Below are positions 19,890 through 29,563 of a stretch of DNA of 60,441 nucleotides, piece after piece; the first letter of the stretch is position 1; every line of letters begins with the position of its first letter. The notes under the pieces are model-generated. The model searched no databases, was not told the origin of the DNA, and saw only the letters and a list, made by a program, of their open reading frames with translations. Source of the DNA: an uncultured bacterium (GTDB lineage: Bacteria; Lernaellota; Lernaellaia; Lernaellales; Lernaellaceae); contig CAZHPN010000004.1 in assembly GCA_964534375.1 (NCBI GenBank), positions 19,120-79,560 on the forward strand, given 5' to 3'. A program made the translations under genes and the position numbers.

Positions 19890-20036
19890 CAATTCGGAAA
19901 CGCGGCGGCGGATCCGTGCCCGGTGCTTGACAGGCTCCAATCCGCTGCTTAGCGGAAAAGGCGAAAGGCCGCCGTTCGTTTTACTCTTGGAGAGCGAACG
20001 CGAATGAGGGTATTTGGAAAGAAGGGAGAAACGTTG

Positions 20037-20357
20037 ATGAACACGAACCTGCGGAAACTTGCATGGCTGCTGCTGGTGGCGGCGGCTGTGGCGATTCCCA
20101 TCGCAGCACGGGCCGACGTGAGCGGCGGGACAATTGCGCCACTCCCGTGGAACAGCGCCAACATCGCGACGCGGTTCAATAGGATCGCCAGCCGAGATAA
20201 TGCAAATCTCGGCGCGGCGAAAGACCGACGACCATTACTCGTGACGTTGTCGCATCCGATCTACCCGCGCCACGTCGACCCCGTACCAGGACCTCGCCAT
20301 AAGGTGGGACCTGAGCGGCTTCCACACCGCCATTTTCTGATGGCCTACCCGGGCTAA
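20037..20357 (+). CDS. Small secreted hypothetical protein
   Basis: GGAG RBS; signal peptide ending AARA; TTGACA-N17-TAGCGG upstream. Confidence 0.55.
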   Translation: MNTNLRKLAWLLLVAAAVAIPIAARADVSGGTIAPLPWNSANIATRFNRIASRDNANLGAAKDRRPLLVTLSHPIYPRHVDPVPGPRHKVGPERLPHRHFLMAYPG

Positions 20358-20469
20358 CATGGCGCCGTGAACGCACCAGGCGTGGATTGCGGGGAGGACG
20401 GGAGAAATCCGCTTCAATCGCTCGCGCAAGGGCGGCAACGAAGCTGTGTCATTCCCGCGTCGCGGTTAA

Positions 20470-21942
20470 TCATACGAGACGGAATTGCTGAAATCGGCGC
20501 CAGGCCGCTTCCCACGCGGGCGTCGGCCGCGGCGTGTACGTTTCCAGCGGAAACGAGCGGCGCACAATGTCGCGCAATTCGGCGAGCGAACCGACGCGAC
20601 CCAGGGCCATTGCCTGGACGAGCAGATTGCCGATGGCGGTGGCCTCGGTCGGCCCGGCGAGGACCGGCAATCCGGTGGCGTCGGCGGTCCATTGATTCAG
20701 CAGGCGATTGCGCGCCCCGCCGCCGATCGCATGCAAGCGGCGGATCGGTCGCGGATAGATCCGCCCGAGTTCCTCGAGCACGCAGCGGTATTTAAGAGCG
20801 AGGCTTTCGAGCGCGCAGCGCACGACGGCGCCGGGCGTCTCCGGAACCGGCTGGTCCGTGCGGCGGCAGAAATCGCGGATCGCCGCCGGCATGTCGGGCG
20901 GATTCAAGAACGACGCGTTGTCCGGATCGACGAGCGCGCGCCACGGCGGCGCGGCGGCGGCCGCGGCGGTCAATTCGTCGTAGTCGATCTCGGCGTCGCG
21001 CGACCAGGCGCGCCGGCATTCCTGCACGAGCCATAGCCCCATCACGTTCTTCAGCACGCGGAACGAGCCGCCGACGCCGCCTTCGTTCGTGAAATTGGCC
21101 CGGCGCGTTTCGTCGCCGATCAACGGCGCCGGCGACTCCACCCCGAGCAGCGACCACGTGCCGGAACTGAGATACGCCCAGTCGTCGCCCTCGCCGGGCG
21201 CCGCGGCGACGGCCGACGCGGTGTCGTGCGTGGCGACGGCGATCAGCGGAATCGGGGCGAGGCCGGTTTCCGCGGCGATCTCGGCGCCGAGCGGACCGAG
21301 CGGCGTCCCCGGCGCGACGAGCGGCTGCAACCAGCGGCGCGGCAGGCCGAGCGCGGCGAGCAATTCGTCGTCCCAACCGCCGGTCCGCGGATTGAAGAGT
21401 TGCGACGTCGTGGCGAAGGTGAATTCGGTCGCTTTCGCGCCGGCCAGCAGATAGTGGAAGAGGTCCGGCATGAACAGCAAATCGGCCGCGGCCTCGATCA
21501 GCGGCGAGCGATCGCGCACCATCGACTCCAACTGAAAAAGCGAATTGAACGGCAGAAATTGCACGCCGGTCAATTCGTAGACGCGTTCCCGCGGGACCTT
21601 GCGAAAGAAAGAATCCATCGCGCCGGCGGTGCGGCTGTCGCGGTAGGCGTACGGCAGGCCGAGCAGGTCGCCGTCGCGATCGAGCAGGCCGAAATCGACG
21701 CCCCACGTGTCGACACCGATGCTCTGCGGCGCGTCGCCCGCGCGCGCGGCAAGCCGCAAGCCCTCTTTGACCTGCTCGAACAAGCGGTACAGATTCCAAT
21801 GGCAGTGCCCGCGCAGACGCAGCATGCCGTTCGGAAAACGGTGAATTTCGCGCACCGCCAACCGGCCGTCGTCGAGACTGCCCAGCAGCGCGCGTCCGCT
21901 TTCGGCGCCCAGATCGAACGCGAGATGGCGGCTCGCGAGCAT
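20470..21942 (-). CDS. rhaB: Rhamnulokinase
   Basis: AFDLGAESGR, GVDTWGVDF, HDTASA, SSGTWSL, FTNEGG, IGGG. Confidence 0.95.
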   Translation of the reverse strand: MLASRHLAFDLGAESGRALLGSLDDGRLAVREIHRFPNGMLRLRGHCHWNLYRLFEQVKEGLRLAARAGDAPQSIGVDTWGVDFGLLDRDGDLLGLPYAYRDSRTAGAMDSFFRKVPRERVYELTGVQFLPFNSLFQLESMVRDRSPLIEAAADLLFMPDLFHYLLAGAKATEFTFATTSQLFNPRTGGWDDELLAALGLPRRWLQPLVAPGTPLGPLGAEIAAETGLAPIPLIAVATHDTASAVAAAPGEGDDWAYLSSGTWSLLGVESPAPLIGDETRRANFTNEGGVGGSFRVLKNVMGLWLVQECRRAWSRDAEIDYDELTAAAAAAPPWRALVDPDNASFLNPPDMPAAIRDFCRRTDQPVPETPGAVVRCALESLALKYRCVLEELGRIYPRPIRRLHAIGGGARNRLLNQWTADATGLPVLAGPTEATAIGNLLVQAMALGRVGSLAELRDIVRRSFPLETYTPRPTPAWEAAWRRFQQFRLV

Positions 21943-21945
21943 CGG

Positions 21946-22764
21946 TCAATCCGGCAGGCCGAAGGCGGCGGCCAGTTCCTGCAATTGCGCGTCCGATAAG
22001 CCCCGCGGTTCGCGACCGGCCGCGCGGCAGAGCAAGATCAATTGCGCGCCCTTGTTGAGCGTGTCGATAGCGTCGAAGGCTTCCACCGCGTCTTTGCCGA
22101 CGGCGACGCAGCCGTGCATTTCCCACAGTGCGACGCCGTGGCCGCGGCGCAACGCGGCGACGGTGGCCTGCGCCAGCGCCTCCGAGCCAGGCACGGTATA
22201 CGGCACGTAACCGACGCCGCGTGCGACGCAGACGCGGATTTCGGGGTGGACGGCGAACAAGGCCCGGTTGAGTTTCGCTTCGTCGCCGTATTCCGGCAGA
22301 TGCGTCAAAGCGACCAATTCGGTCGGATGCGTGTGCAGCACGGCTTTCTCGCGTGCGCCGGTTTCGCGCAGAAACTCATGGACGCGCAAGTGGGCCGGAA
22401 ACTCGGAGGTCGGGCGGAACTGCGGATCGTCGGCGCCGCCCCACAAGACGCGGAAGCCCGCGCCGCGGTCATCCAAACGCAGCAAGCACGCGGCGCCCGC
22501 CGGATTTCGCGCGAGGTCGCGAAACCGCCGGCCGGTTCCGGTGACGAGAAAGCAGCGCCCGGCCAGCAGCGAGTAACGATTGTCGAGCGCGCGCCACGCG
22601 CCGTCCGCCGGCGGCGCGCCGGCCGCGAGGAGTTCCGTCACATCGATCGAAAGGTTGCCGGCGTTGCGCTCCGCCCAGCCTTTTTCCCACAGGTAAGCAG
22701 AGATTTCCGTCATTTCTTCGACGTGCGGCGCCAGCGCCGGGTAGTTGGCGTTGAGCTTCTTCAC
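21946..22764 (-). CDS. rhaD: Rhamnulose-1-phosphate aldolase
   Basis: KGWAERNAGNLS, PTSEFPAH, HTHPTEL, WEMHG. Confidence 0.92.
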   Translation of the reverse strand: MKKLNANYPALAPHVEEMTEISAYLWEKGWAERNAGNLSIDVTELLAAGAPPADGAWRALDNRYSLLAGRCFLVTGTGRRFRDLARNPAGAACLLRLDDRGAGFRVLWGGADDPQFRPTSEFPAHLRVHEFLRETGAREKAVLHTHPTELVALTHLPEYGDEAKLNRALFAVHPEIRVCVARGVGYVPYTVPGSEALAQATVAALRRGHGVALWEMHGCVAVGKDAVEAFDAIDTLNKGAQLILLCRAAGREPRGLSDAQLQELAAAFGLPD

Positions 22765-22778
22765 GGCGGCTCCTTAAC

Positions 22779-22820
22779 AAAAAACCCGAACCGCGACTCG
22801 CGAGGAGTCCGCCGTTCGGG
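22779..22820 (-). terminator. Intrinsic terminator-like hairpin just upstream of rhaD
   Basis: Minus strand CCCGAAC...GTTCGGG followed by TTTTTT. Confidence 0.6.
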
Positions 22821-22899
22821 CAATGCTTAGACTTGCGATACGGTTCAGTCGCGGCTTTCGGGCCGAGCCGTCGCCGTCAAGCGGCTAAGAAAAAAGTTT

Positions 22900-23214
22900 C
22901 TACCAGCGATTGCGACGCGGTCCGCCACCGCCACCGCCGCCACCACCGCCGCCGCCCTGACGGGGGCCTTTGTCCAGCGCTTCGTTCACTTTAATCGTCC
23001 GCCCATCGAGGTCGGTGCCGTTCATCGCGGAGATCGCGGCGGCCGCCTGCTCGGCGTCGTTAAAAGTGACGAAACCGAAACCGCGGGAACGGCCCGTGTC
23101 CCGGTCCGTGATGACCTTGGCTTCGGTGACTTCACCGAACCGCGAGAATGCGGCATGCAAGGTCTCATCGGTCGTGTTCCAACTCAACCCACCCACAAAC
23201 AACTTCTTCGGCAT
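22900..23214 (-). CDS. RRM-domain glycine-rich RNA-binding protein
   Basis: RNP2 KLFVGGL, RNP1 RGFGFVTF, Gly-rich tail. Confidence 0.95.
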   Translation of the reverse strand: MPKKLFVGGLSWNTTDETLHAAFSRFGEVTEAKVITDRDTGRSRGFGFVTFNDAEQAAAAISAMNGTDLDGRTIKVNEALDKGPRQGGGGGGGGGGGGPRRNRW

Positions 23215-23647
23215 AACTCCTGACTCTCTTTCTTTCGCGCCGTTTTCAGCGGCGCATCAGTCCTCGCGGGACACCGCGCCCGCTATCGCTCCGGCGGCCA
23301 CGACGGCCGCCGCCTCACCCAGCATTCACCATACGTACACGAAAACCCTTGGGGATTTTCTCCGCGAGTTCGGGTAGGTAGGAAAACCTGGAAATCTTTC
23401 AAATGCCTGCACTGTCCACACGTATTGGACGAAATCTGGCGGAACGATAATTCAACGATTTGCGATTGTAAAGGGGGATTTGCAAAATATTTTCGGCGTG
23501 TTTCAGGACGACCGGGCGGCCGGTTTTTCCCCGCCACCGTCGCGCCGTGAAAAATTGCGCCGCGCAATCGGCCCGGAAATTGGCTCTTGACCCCGGCCGG
23601 CGAATCATAAGAATAAGAAGCAGGGGTCGGGACGATCGGGGGCTGTC

Positions 23648-24034
23648 ATGCGAAAAACCGCGTCTTGTCTGGCATTATGTTTCATCCTTTGCCCGCTGCT
23701 GTCGCTCGCTGGGGACGAGGTGAAACAGATCTATCTCGACGACCCGATGGGCCGGCGCTATCAGTTGGCGCTCAACCGGGCGACCCCCGACATCCTGGCC
23801 TGCTACAACTCCGCGCTCGCCAAGAAACCCGGGTTGGCGGGTCGAATTGAAATCCGCGTCACGGTCGAAGCGAGCGGCGCCGCGCGCTCGGCGACCGTGA
23901 CAAAAGACACGGTCGGCAGCAAAACGGCGGTGAAATGCATTCAGGACGTCCTGAAAGACAAGACGTGGCCCACGAGCGAGGGGCCGGTCTTCTTCGACGC
24001 GGTGTACTCGTTCTCACCGCAGAAACAGAGTTGA
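23648..24034 (+). CDS. Secreted AgmX/PglI C-terminal (TonB-C-like) domain protein
   Basis: Signal peptide; ILACYNSALAKKPGLAGRIEIRVTV...KCI...W pattern. Confidence 0.75.
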   Translation: MRKTASCLALCFILCPLLSLAGDEVKQIYLDDPMGRRYQLALNRATPDILACYNSALAKKPGLAGRIEIRVTVEASGAARSATVTKDTVGSKTAVKCIQDVLKDKTWPTSEGPVFFDAVYSFSPQKQS

Positions 24035-24045
24035 CCCCGGCCGGT

Positions 24046-24822
24046 CTATAACGGATTTTCCCAGAGACCCACGATCTTGTGCGTGGCGTCGTCCTTCGGG
24101 AAGATGAACTTCATCGTCGTCTTCGAGGTTTTGCCGTATTTCGCCACGTAGTAAACGTTGATGAACATCTTGTCGGTCTCGACCCGGTCGAATTCGGCCG
24201 ATTCGAACGGACCGCTCAAGCTCCCCGCTTCTTTGTCCAGTTCCGCCTTCAACTGCTCCGGCGTCAGCTCTTTGCGCAGATCGTCGGAGAAATTCTTCGT
24301 CATGCGGGCGTAATCCTTGGTCTTGAGCGCGGCGAAGTAGTCTTCGACGATCGGTTTGACGGCCTTCATGATCGCGTCGGATTCTTCCTTGGTCGCGCGC
24401 TTCGCCGTCTCCGCCGGGCTCAAGAACAGGCCGGCGATCTTGTGCGCCGGGTCGTCGACGCTGAACGTCACCTGCATGACCATGTCGCTGCCTTTGGAAT
24501 ACTTCAAGACGTACGACAATTGGATGTACGTCGCCGGTTTCTCCATTTTGCTATACGACTGCGAGACGAAATCGCCGAAATTCTTTTCGATCGCCGCAAA
24601 CGGCTGGGCCAGTTTTTCCGGCGGCAGTTCTTTCATCATTTCGTCCGAAAAATCCTTGGTCATGCGCTTGTAGTCGCGGGCCTTCAGCGCCGCAAACAGA
24701 TTGTCGATGACCGGCGCCACGCTCTGCAAGAACTTCGCGTCGTCGCCGGCCGGCCCTTCGGCCGAAGCGAGGCACGGCAAAACCAAAACCGCCAACAAGA
24801 TCACGAGAAATGCTTTCTTCAT
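24046..24822 (-). CDS. Secreted protein with two DUF3887-like domains
   Basis: Signal peptide; two repeats of FAALKxxDYxRMTKxFS...HKIxGL; GGAGG RBS. Confidence 0.7.
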   Translation of the reverse strand: MKKAFLVILLAVLVLPCLASAEGPAGDDAKFLQSVAPVIDNLFAALKARDYKRMTKDFSDEMMKELPPEKLAQPFAAIEKNFGDFVSQSYSKMEKPATYIQLSYVLKYSKGSDMVMQVTFSVDDPAHKIAGLFLSPAETAKRATKEESDAIMKAVKPIVEDYFAALKTKDYARMTKNFSDDLRKELTPEQLKAELDKEAGSLSGPFESAEFDRVETDKMFINVYYVAKYGKTSKTTMKFIFPKDDATHKIVGLWENPL

Positions 24823-25001
24823 GGATTCCTCCTCGAATTTGCGTCGATCATGGGACGGCCGGCGCGCGGAAAATCGACCCACGTCGCCTCCGCCGGATTG
24901 CGCACGCGTTTTTCGTCTCCGGCATCGAGACCGGCCGATTCTGCGCAAAATGACGGCAGAGATCAACCGGGACGCGAACCGCTTGCGGAGGATTTTGGGG
25001 G

Positions 25002-25046
25002 ATAGGTCATATAGGTCGCATAGGTCGTATAGGCCGTAAAGGCCGC
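25002..25046 (+). repeat. Tandem nonamer repeat (ATAGGYCRY)
   Basis: ATAGGTCAT ATAGGTCGC ATAGGTCGT ATAGGCCGT AAAGGCCGC. Confidence 0.75.
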
Positions 25047-25226
25047 ACAAGTCCCACAGGCATTAACCACTGCTGATGACCGGTTCGGCCAATCGCGTCA
25101 TGGATGCGAAAAAATTCCGTATTGCGGGCCCGTTGCACAGCGCGTTGACGGCTGCGGCCGCCCGACCGTAATCTTGACAATGTCTCGGGGCGGTGTTCTT
25201 GGTTCGAAAACGGAAAGGTAAACATC

Positions 25227-25544
25227 GTGACCCTGCGCCGCACAAACTGCCCCGAAGAACAAATCGAAGAGTTTTGCCGCCGCTGGAATATCCGCACCCT
25301 GGCGCTTTTCGGTTCGGTTTTGCGAGACGACTTCCGGCCCGATAGCGATGTGGACGTTCTCTTCACCTATGACGACGACGCGGGGCTCTCCGGTTTCGAT
25401 CTGGTCGACATGGAGGATGAACTCAGCCGCATTCTCGGCCGCAAAGTGGATCTAGTCAGCCGGCGCGCCATCGAGGAAAGCCGAAATTGGATTCGTCGCG
25501 AAAGCATTCTCGGCAACGCGGAGATCGTTTATGAAGCGCGATGA
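25227..25544 (+). CDS. Minimal nucleotidyltransferase (MNT; antitoxin of HEPN-MNT TA)
   Basis: LFGSVLRDDFRPDSDVD (GSx10DxD) and GRKVDLV. Confidence 0.9.
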   Translation: MTLRRTNCPEEQIEEFCRRWNIRTLALFGSVLRDDFRPDSDVDVLFTYDDDAGLSGFDLVDMEDELSRILGRKVDLVSRRAIEESRNWIRRESILGNAEIVYEAR

Positions 25545-25773
25545 CGGCACGATGCTCGACATCGCCGACGCGCTACGCAAGTTGCAGACCTTCACCGCGG
25601 ACATGGATGAGACCGCTTTTCGCGCCGACGAAAAAACGCAGGCGGCCGTGTTGCACGAATTCATGGTCCTTTTGAAAATGGTTTGGACGGTTTTATGCAA
25701 TGAACTCCCGTCTCTGAAGCAGCAACTGGTGTTTTTGGCCGCTCCTGGCCTGCCCGAGGGCCGCGACCGCTGA
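25531..25773 (+). pseudogene. DUF86/HEPN toxin with an internal in-frame deletion
   Basis: DUF86 N-terminus (FxADEKTQAAVLH) joined directly to the C-terminus (VWTVLCNELPSL); the central segment with RX4HXY is absent. Confidence 0.7.
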
Positions 25774-25833
25774 CGAGGCCGTCGCTAAGACAACGATTTG
25801 CCCCGCCCGCGTCGTTCCGGTTATGCTCGCGGC

Positions 25834-26799
25834 ATGAACTCCGCCGTTCCGCGTTTCATCAACTTCCACATCACCAACCGGTGCGGCAACCAGTGCCGAC
25901 ATTGCGAGATGTGGCGCGTGGCCGAGCCGCCGGCACCCGAGCCGGCCGTTTTCGTCCGCGCGGTCGACGAATTGGCGGATTGGCTGGGGCCCACGGAGAT
26001 GGTCGTCGCCGGCGGCGAGCCGCTGCTGAGCCCGGCCGCGCTGCCCGTACTCGAACGCGGTGCGCGGCGCGGCATGAAGACGGCCCTGGCGACCAACGGT
26101 TTTCACGTCGACGCGGCAGCGGCGCAGCGGCTGGCGGACGCCGGCCTGGGCGTCGCGAACGTCAGCCTCGACGGATTCGACCACACCCACGACCGCATCC
26201 GCAATCGTCCGGGCGCGTTCGACCAGGTGCTGCGGGCGATCGGCTTCCTGCGCGACGCGGGCGTGCCGGTGCGCGTCGCGACGGTCATCCTCGCCGACAA
26301 CCTCGACCAAATCACGGGCCTGCTCGATTTTCTGCGGCAAGACGGCCGCGTTTCGGGCGTTTTTTTTCAGGCGATGGCGCAGCCGTTCGGCGCCCCCGAG
26401 CCGCGGCCCGGCTGGTGGCGGACGCACCCGCATTTTCCGCGCGACGTGCGCCGCGTGCAGGCCCTGTGCGACGAGTTGCTGGCGATGAAGCGCGGCGGGT
26501 TCTTCATTCTCAACGACGACGCGCAATTCCCGGCGCTCAAGGCTTACTTTGCCAACCCCGACCGCTTCACGCTCGCGCGCTGCAACGTCAGCCGCATCGG
26601 CTTGACGATCAACGCCGCGGGCGACGTGCTGCTCTGCAATTTTCTCGAGCCGATCGGGCGGATCGGCGGGCCGAGAGTGCGCGAAATCTACGATTCGCCG
26701 GCGGCCGACCGCCTGCGCGCACGCATGGCCGCCTGCGACGTCAATTGCCATTTGCTGCTGAATTGCTGTTTCGATCCGGCGCAATTAATCACGGATTGA
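25834..26799 (+). CDS. Radical SAM protein with SPASM-like C-terminus
   Basis: CGNQCRHC, GGEPLL, VSLDG..HDRIR; C-terminal CDVNCHLLLNCC. Confidence 0.88.
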   Translation: MNSAVPRFINFHITNRCGNQCRHCEMWRVAEPPAPEPAVFVRAVDELADWLGPTEMVVAGGEPLLSPAALPVLERGARRGMKTALATNGFHVDAAAAQRLADAGLGVANVSLDGFDHTHDRIRNRPGAFDQVLRAIGFLRDAGVPVRVATVILADNLDQITGLLDFLRQDGRVSGVFFQAMAQPFGAPEPRPGWWRTHPHFPRDVRRVQALCDELLAMKRGGFFILNDDAQFPALKAYFANPDRFTLARCNVSRIGLTINAAGDVLLCNFLEPIGRIGGPRVREIYDSPAADRLRARMAACDVNCHLLLNCCFDPAQLITD

Positions 26800-26803
26800 C
26801 CGC

Positions 26804-28348
26804 ATGAGAAATGCATTATTGACATTGTTGTTGCTGGCCGTTTTTCTCGGCGCGCTTATAGCTTGCGGCGCGCGTTCGGCTTCTTCCGCCGCGACAGCGG
26901 ACGACGATGCCTCGCCTGCGGGCGACGACGACCTTTCGCCAGCGGACGACGATGACGACGACAACGACAACGACAATGACGACAACGACGCCGCCAACGT
27001 CGATCCGAGCGCGCCCGGCGTCGCCGTCCCCGCCGATTTTCTCGGCATTTCGGTGGAATGGGACAACGTGCCCGACTACCTCGGCGACGGGGCCGGCGCG
27101 GCGAACGCCGTTACGGTGCAACTGCTGCGCAATTTCGCGGCGGAAGCTCACCGCCCGGGCGTGCGCATCGGCGGCAACAGCGAGGACGAGTCCTGGTGGA
27201 ACCCCGCCGGCCTGCCGCGGCCGCACGGCGTGACGATCGATCTCACGTCGTTGCACATGACGACGCTCGCCGCCTTGCAGTCCGCGCTGGACACGAAGCT
27301 GATTCTGGGCCTGAATCTGGGCGTCGATCAACCGTCGCTCGCCGCGGCGGAGGCGACCGGCGCGCTGGCGTCGATTCCGCGCGAGGCGATTCTGGCCTTC
27401 GAACTGGGCAACGAGCCGGACTATTACTACGAAAACGGCTGGCGCGGTCTGCTTTACAATTGGCCGGCGTATGTGGCCGATTTCAACTCGTTCCGCGACG
27501 GCGTCGCCGGGCTGCTCTCGCCCGCGCCGCCGTTCGCCGCGCCGGCGCTCGGCGGCTGGGGCTGGCTGGGGCATTTGACCGGCTTCATGACCGACGAACG
27601 CGGCCGCGTCGCCGTCATCACGACGCACGCGTACCCCTTCACGATTTGCAACGGCATTCCGGCGCCGGCGCCGCAAGACCTGCTGCTCGACCTGGCGACG
27701 TCCGACATCGGCCGCCGTTATGCGCCGTTCGCCGCGGCGGCGCACGCCGACGATTACGTCTATCGCATGGGCGAGATGAACAGCATCTCGTGCGGCGGCG
27801 CCGACGGCGTGAGCAACGTGTACGCCGCGGCGCTGTGGGGCGCCGATGTGGCCTTCGAACTCGCCGCCGCCGGCCTCGACGGCCTCAACTTCCACACGCC
27901 GGCCAACTATGCCGTGTTCGATTATGACAACGGCGTTTTGACGGTGCGCCCGTTGTACTACGGCATGCGGTTTTTCTCGCTGGCTACGGCGCAGCAAGGC
28001 AAGCTGCTGCCGGTGCAATTGGCGACCGCGGGGCGCGTGCGCGCTTGGGCGACGCTGGGCGACGACGGCGTCGTGCGCGTCGCACTGATCAACGAGGACA
28101 TGACCAACAAAGAAACGATCGGCGTGCGCGTGGCCGGGCGCTCGGGCAACGCGACGCTGCTGCGGCTGCGCGCGCCCGCGATCGACGCGAAAACCGGTCT
28201 GACGCTGGGCGGACAAACGTGGGACGGTTCGACCGACGGCCTGCCGCTCGGCGCGTTGACGCCCGAGGCGGTCTCGCGTAACGGCGACGCTTACGTCGTG
28301 CCGCTGCCCGCGCTCGAGGCCGTCGTCGTTTCGATTTCGGGCTCGTAG
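26804..28348 (+). CDS. Glycoside hydrolase family 79-like lipoprotein with Asp-rich linker
   Basis: Lipobox LIAC; RIGGNS, FELGNEPD (acid/base), GEMNS..CGG..GVSN (nucleophile), NFH, RPLYYG. Confidence 0.85.
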   Translation: MRNALLTLLLLAVFLGALIACGARSASSAATADDDASPAGDDDLSPADDDDDDNDNDNDDNDAANVDPSAPGVAVPADFLGISVEWDNVPDYLGDGAGAANAVTVQLLRNFAAEAHRPGVRIGGNSEDESWWNPAGLPRPHGVTIDLTSLHMTTLAALQSALDTKLILGLNLGVDQPSLAAAEATGALASIPREAILAFELGNEPDYYYENGWRGLLYNWPAYVADFNSFRDGVAGLLSPAPPFAAPALGGWGWLGHLTGFMTDERGRVAVITTHAYPFTICNGIPAPAPQDLLLDLATSDIGRRYAPFAAAAHADDYVYRMGEMNSISCGGADGVSNVYAAALWGADVAFELAAAGLDGLNFHTPANYAVFDYDNGVLTVRPLYYGMRFFSLATAQQGKLLPVQLATAGRVRAWATLGDDGVVRVALINEDMTNKETIGVRVAGRSGNATLLRLRAPAIDAKTGLTLGGQTWDGSTDGLPLGALTPEAVSRNGDAYVVPLPALEAVVVSISGS

Positions 28349-29316
28349 CAGCAATTCACTTTGTAATTGCAGGGGATGGCGCAACGGGCGATGCGTTCGC
28401 GCATGGCCTCCGCCGCCGGCGAACGCCACAGCGCGCGCAGGTCGTCGTCGATCGAGCCGATGACGCCGTGGTGATTGCAGAATTCGAGCGCGCCGTGCGG
28501 GGCCATTTGCAGCAGGCGGTCGGCGATGCGGCAGCCCGCGCCGTCCAGAAAACCCCGCGGGTCGCGAAAATAGCGCCGCCAAAACGCGAATTGCGAACTT
28601 TCGTTATGGATATTCGCGCCGGCCGCTCGCATCGCCGTCAGTTCATCGAGCGCCGCGAAAACCGCGTCCCGCCCCTCTTCGTCGCGCGGCCAGAGCGGAT
28701 CGTCGCGGAAGAAATCGTCCGACCACGGCTTGGCCAACGTCGGAATCACCGCCTGCAGGCGCAGCCCGCCGAAACGCGGGTTGGCGAACAACCGCCGCGC
28801 CAGTTCCGGCAACTCGCCGGCGTTTTGCGCATTGACCGTCGAAACTGCGTTGACCCGCATCCGGGTGAAATTCGTCAAGTAATGAAGGATGTCCATCACG
28901 CCCTGAAACAGGCCCGGGCCGTTGCGCAACCGGTCGTGCGTTTCGCCGAGGCCGTCGAGGGAAATATTGATATCGCGCAGGCCGGCCTCTTCCAGCCGGC
29001 GGACCAGTTCGACGTTCAGCAGCGAGCCGTTCGTGTTCAGCGCCGGGCGCAGCCCCGCCGCGGTCAGGCGCGCGACGTACTCGACAATCTGCGGATGCAA
29101 CAGCGGTTCGCCGCCGGTCAAATGCACCTGCGTCTCGCGCGGCAACCAGGCCGCCAGCCGGTCGAAAAAGGCGAAGACCCTCTCCGGCGGCGCCAGCGGC
29201 TCAGGATACCGCGGGCTCTGGCACATCGCACACGATAGATTGCAGCGCGTCGTGACGGTCAAAATGACGAGCGCCGGCGCGTCGGCTTGCGTCAAAAAAT
29301 CGCGATGCTCGGTCAT
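28291..29316 (-). CDS. Radical SAM protein with SPASM-like C-terminus (paralogue of 25834..26799)
   Basis: CNLSCAMC, GGEPLL, ISLDG..HDRLR; C-terminal CAIPCNYKVNCC. Confidence 0.88.
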   Translation of the reverse strand: MTEHRDFLTQADAPALVILTVTTRCNLSCAMCQSPRYPEPLAPPERVFAFFDRLAAWLPRETQVHLTGGEPLLHPQIVEYVARLTAAGLRPALNTNGSLLNVELVRRLEEAGLRDINISLDGLGETHDRLRNGPGLFQGVMDILHYLTNFTRMRVNAVSTVNAQNAGELPELARRLFANPRFGGLRLQAVIPTLAKPWSDDFFRDDPLWPRDEEGRDAVFAALDELTAMRAAGANIHNESSQFAFWRRYFRDPRGFLDGAGCRIADRLLQMAPHGALEFCNHHGVIGSIDDDLRALWRSPAAEAMRERIARCAIPCNYKVNCCYEPEIETTTASSAGSGTT

Positions 29317-29374
29317 GCGCCGCCCCTCGTCGTTCACCGATTGGAAATAGCACAGTGCGGCCTCCGGCCGCAAC

Positions 29375-29405
29375 CGGATTGCGGATTGCGGATTGCGGAT
29401 TGCGG
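29375..29405 (+). repeat. (CGGATTG)4 heptamer tandem repeat
   Basis: Read directly from the sequence. Confidence 0.85.
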
Positions 29406-29563
29406 CATAAATCGAGGCGGAACCCTTGGGTAAAAATCAGAAACTCATCGACAGCAGTGCAAATCGTCGTAGTCCACAAAGACAGCCCTTGCGAACGCAA
29501 AACGCGGCCTTGACCGCGGCGCCCGGACCGCGTGAAATGGCCGCCGGGCAAAGGAGCGACAAC

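Noticed and set aside
22785..22865. ZTP or c-di-GMP riboswitch
   Set aside because: Only fragmentary resemblance (CGCGACT, GGGCA, AAAGCC); the core consensus elements are missing.
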